The position numbers and the translations under genes are program-made. DNA of 63,063 bases, counting the filler, from Methanobacteriota archaeon (GTDB lineage Archaea > JACRDV01), in the NCBI GenBank assembly GCA_024860865.1. It is 11 parts of 11 records of this genome, joined end to end, with 100 filler letters (N's around TTAATTAATTAA, not from the genome) between each part and the next. Parts side by side here need not be neighbours in the genome. Positions count along the whole stretch, not along the records: positions 60,460 to 63,063 come from JACRDV010000004.1; 10 more parts are not named here. The stretch is one strand, 5' to 3'. Position 1 is the stretch's first letter. Every line of letters starts with the position of its first letter. This document shows, piece by piece, positions 61,647-63,063 of this stretch. The notes under the pieces were generated by a model. The model worked only from the letters and a program-made list of their open reading frames with translations, was not told where the DNA came from and did not search any database.

Positions 61647-62261
61647 ATGAAAATGAAAATTTTTCCAAAAATCTTGATTGGATTGCTTTTATTGGGAATG
61701 ATAATTGCAAGCGGATGCATAGGGGGGCCGGCACCACCTAAAGAACAACCGCCTTCAGAAAAACCTCCAACAGAAAAGCCACCTGCCGAGAGACCCGCAC
61801 CTGGCAGTGTAGAGGCAATTCACTTCAGCAAGCTTATAGAGTTTTTACCACCAGCGCCTTCAGGTTGGGAGGGGGGAGAACCCCAAGGTTTCATTTTTAC
61901 TATAGAGAATGGATCTTGGAGCCAGGCTGTTAAGAGCTATACGAAGAAAGGCACAGAAGAATCCGAGAACCCTGTAACCGCTCAGGTAGGAATAATGGAT
62001 TCTGCATATTATACCGTGGGTTGGTGGGCAGTTTGGAAAGGATTCTATAAGTGGGAAACAACAGAAGGATATGCCAAAACTACAACTGTCAAAGGATATT
62101 CAGCATTTGAAGTTTATAACAAACCTGGCAAAGACTATGCTTTATATGTCGGGATGAAGGATAGGTTCATGGTGTTTATAACCACCAAAAACAGCGATAG
62201 AGATACTCTATATGACTTCGCAAATTCTATAAATTACAACGGAATCGCTGCACTAGGATGA
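61647..62261 (+). CDS. Putative lipoprotein with a Pro-rich linker
   Basis: Signal peptide ending IASGC (lipobox-like), PP.EK repeats, then a globular domain. Confidence 0.75.
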   Translation: MKMKIFPKILIGLLLLGMIIASGCIGGPAPPKEQPPSEKPPTEKPPAERPAPGSVEAIHFSKLIEFLPPAPSGWEGGEPQGFIFTIENGSWSQAVKSYTKKGTEESENPVTAQVGIMDSAYYTVGWWAVWKGFYKWETTEGYAKTTTVKGYSAFEVYNKPGKDYALYVGMKDRFMVFITTKNSDRDTLYDFANSINYNGIAALG

Positions 62262-62368
62262 GTCAAATACTCCAATGAAAGGCCGTATGAGGAGTACAGT
62301 TTGAAGTCTTTGATTTTCAACTGACTTCCTAAGCAACTTTATATTTCCTAAATAATTATTAAGTACCT

Positions 62369-62659
62369 ATGAAAAAAGTTCTAGTAACTGGCGGTGCCGG
62401 TTTTATAGGCAGCCATCTTGTAGATTCATTGGTATTGAAAAATATTAAAGTAAATGTGTTAGATAACCTGAGTTCAGGTAAGATTGAAAATATTCGGCAT
62501 TGGACTAAAAACAAGCTATTCAATTTTTTTGTTAATGATTTGTTAAAAAAAGAAGGCATTTCAGAAGCTATCCAGGGATGCGATACTGTTTTTCACTTAG
62601 CCGCGAATCCAGAAGTACGAGTTGGAACGCAATCACCAAAACCTCCACTCGCTAAATAA
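62369..62659 (+). pseudogene. Truncated NAD-dependent epimerase/dehydratase
   Basis: VTGGAGFIGSHL, DNLSSG and VFHLAANP, then a stop at 96 aa with no YxxxK catalytic half. Confidence 0.85.
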
Positions 62660-62735
62660 TTTTTTACCAGGTTAAAATTTTTAATCAGGGAAAAATTTCA
62701 ATAACCGGGAATTATAAATTAATACTGGTGAAATA

Positions 62736-62957
62736 ATGGCTGAGGGCAAAATATCAAAGAAATTTGCTCTTTATCCTCCTAAGAGCATGTTGGGAGCCTT
62801 AGGGCTCAAAGAAGGGGAAAAAGTAAGATATAAGATCGAAAAAGGCAAACTTATAATTGAGCCGATTCAAGACCCTCTTTCTCTTGCATTAAAGATAAGA
62901 AAATGGAACAAAACTAGCGTTAAGGAATTAGAGAGAGTCAGAAGAGATGCAAAATGA
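62736..62957 (+). CDS. AbrB/MazE-family antitoxin (C-terminus probably frameshifted)
   Basis: KISKKFALYPPK...LGLKEGE. An ELERESEEMQNE-like tail is recoverable in another frame at the GAGAGAG run. Confidence 0.75.
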   Translation: MAEGKISKKFALYPPKSMLGALGLKEGEKVRYKIEKGKLIIEPIQDPLSLALKIRKWNKTSVKELERVRRDAK

Positions 62958-62966
62958 GCTTCTACA

Positions 62967-63063
62967 GTTAAAGTCCTTTTAGACTCTATCTTCTTACTCC
63001 CAACGATTGGAGTTCAAGTCAAAGAGATAAGCGAGCATGATTTAAAATCCTTAGCAAAATTCA
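62967..63063 (+). CDS. PIN toxin N-terminus (runs off the window)
   Basis: Manual translation VKVLLDSIFLLPTIGVQV; no clear start codon. Confidence 0.6.

Noticed and set aside
1-63063. rRNA, tRNA, CRISPR arrays, selenocysteine or pyrrolysine read-through
   Set aside because: None seen by eye. The interrupted genes are explained by indels rather than in-frame TGA/TAG. tRNAscan-SE and Infernal would be needed to exclude small RNAs.

Overview
This window comes from an AT-rich archaeal draft genome. It is not one continuous locus: 11 contigs are joined by ten 100-nt N-TTAATTAATTAA-N linkers, so gene neighbourhoods only mean something within a contig. Core genes are rpl3-rpl4-rpl23-(rpl2), GGPP synthase, hemA/sirC/cobA-hemD with a CcmC-like protein, split glutamate synthase behind an HdrB-HdrC fusion, asnB-marC-gatCAB, carAB-argG, argS, aRF1, tiaS, a four-gene CBS cluster with an RNA ligase, dihydroorotase and cdc48. 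Between them lie many small, often decaying accessory modules: seven toxin-antitoxin pairs plus remnants, an IS110 fragment and pseudogenes. Four things stand out. (1) A giant archaeosortase ORF continues in frame upstream of the called start and contains its own PEF-CTERM-like sorting signal, suggesting a substrate-sortase fusion; it ends in a winged-helix-like segment and two Cys4 modules. (2) Two integron attC-like sites flank a toxin-antitoxin cassette. (3) A ubiquitin-like/JAMM fusion is clustered with an Ig-like protein and Cdc48. (4) An HdrBC fusion is coupled to glutamate synthase. No rRNA, tRNA or CRISPR array was recognised. All family calls come from motif recognition by eye; no searches were run.
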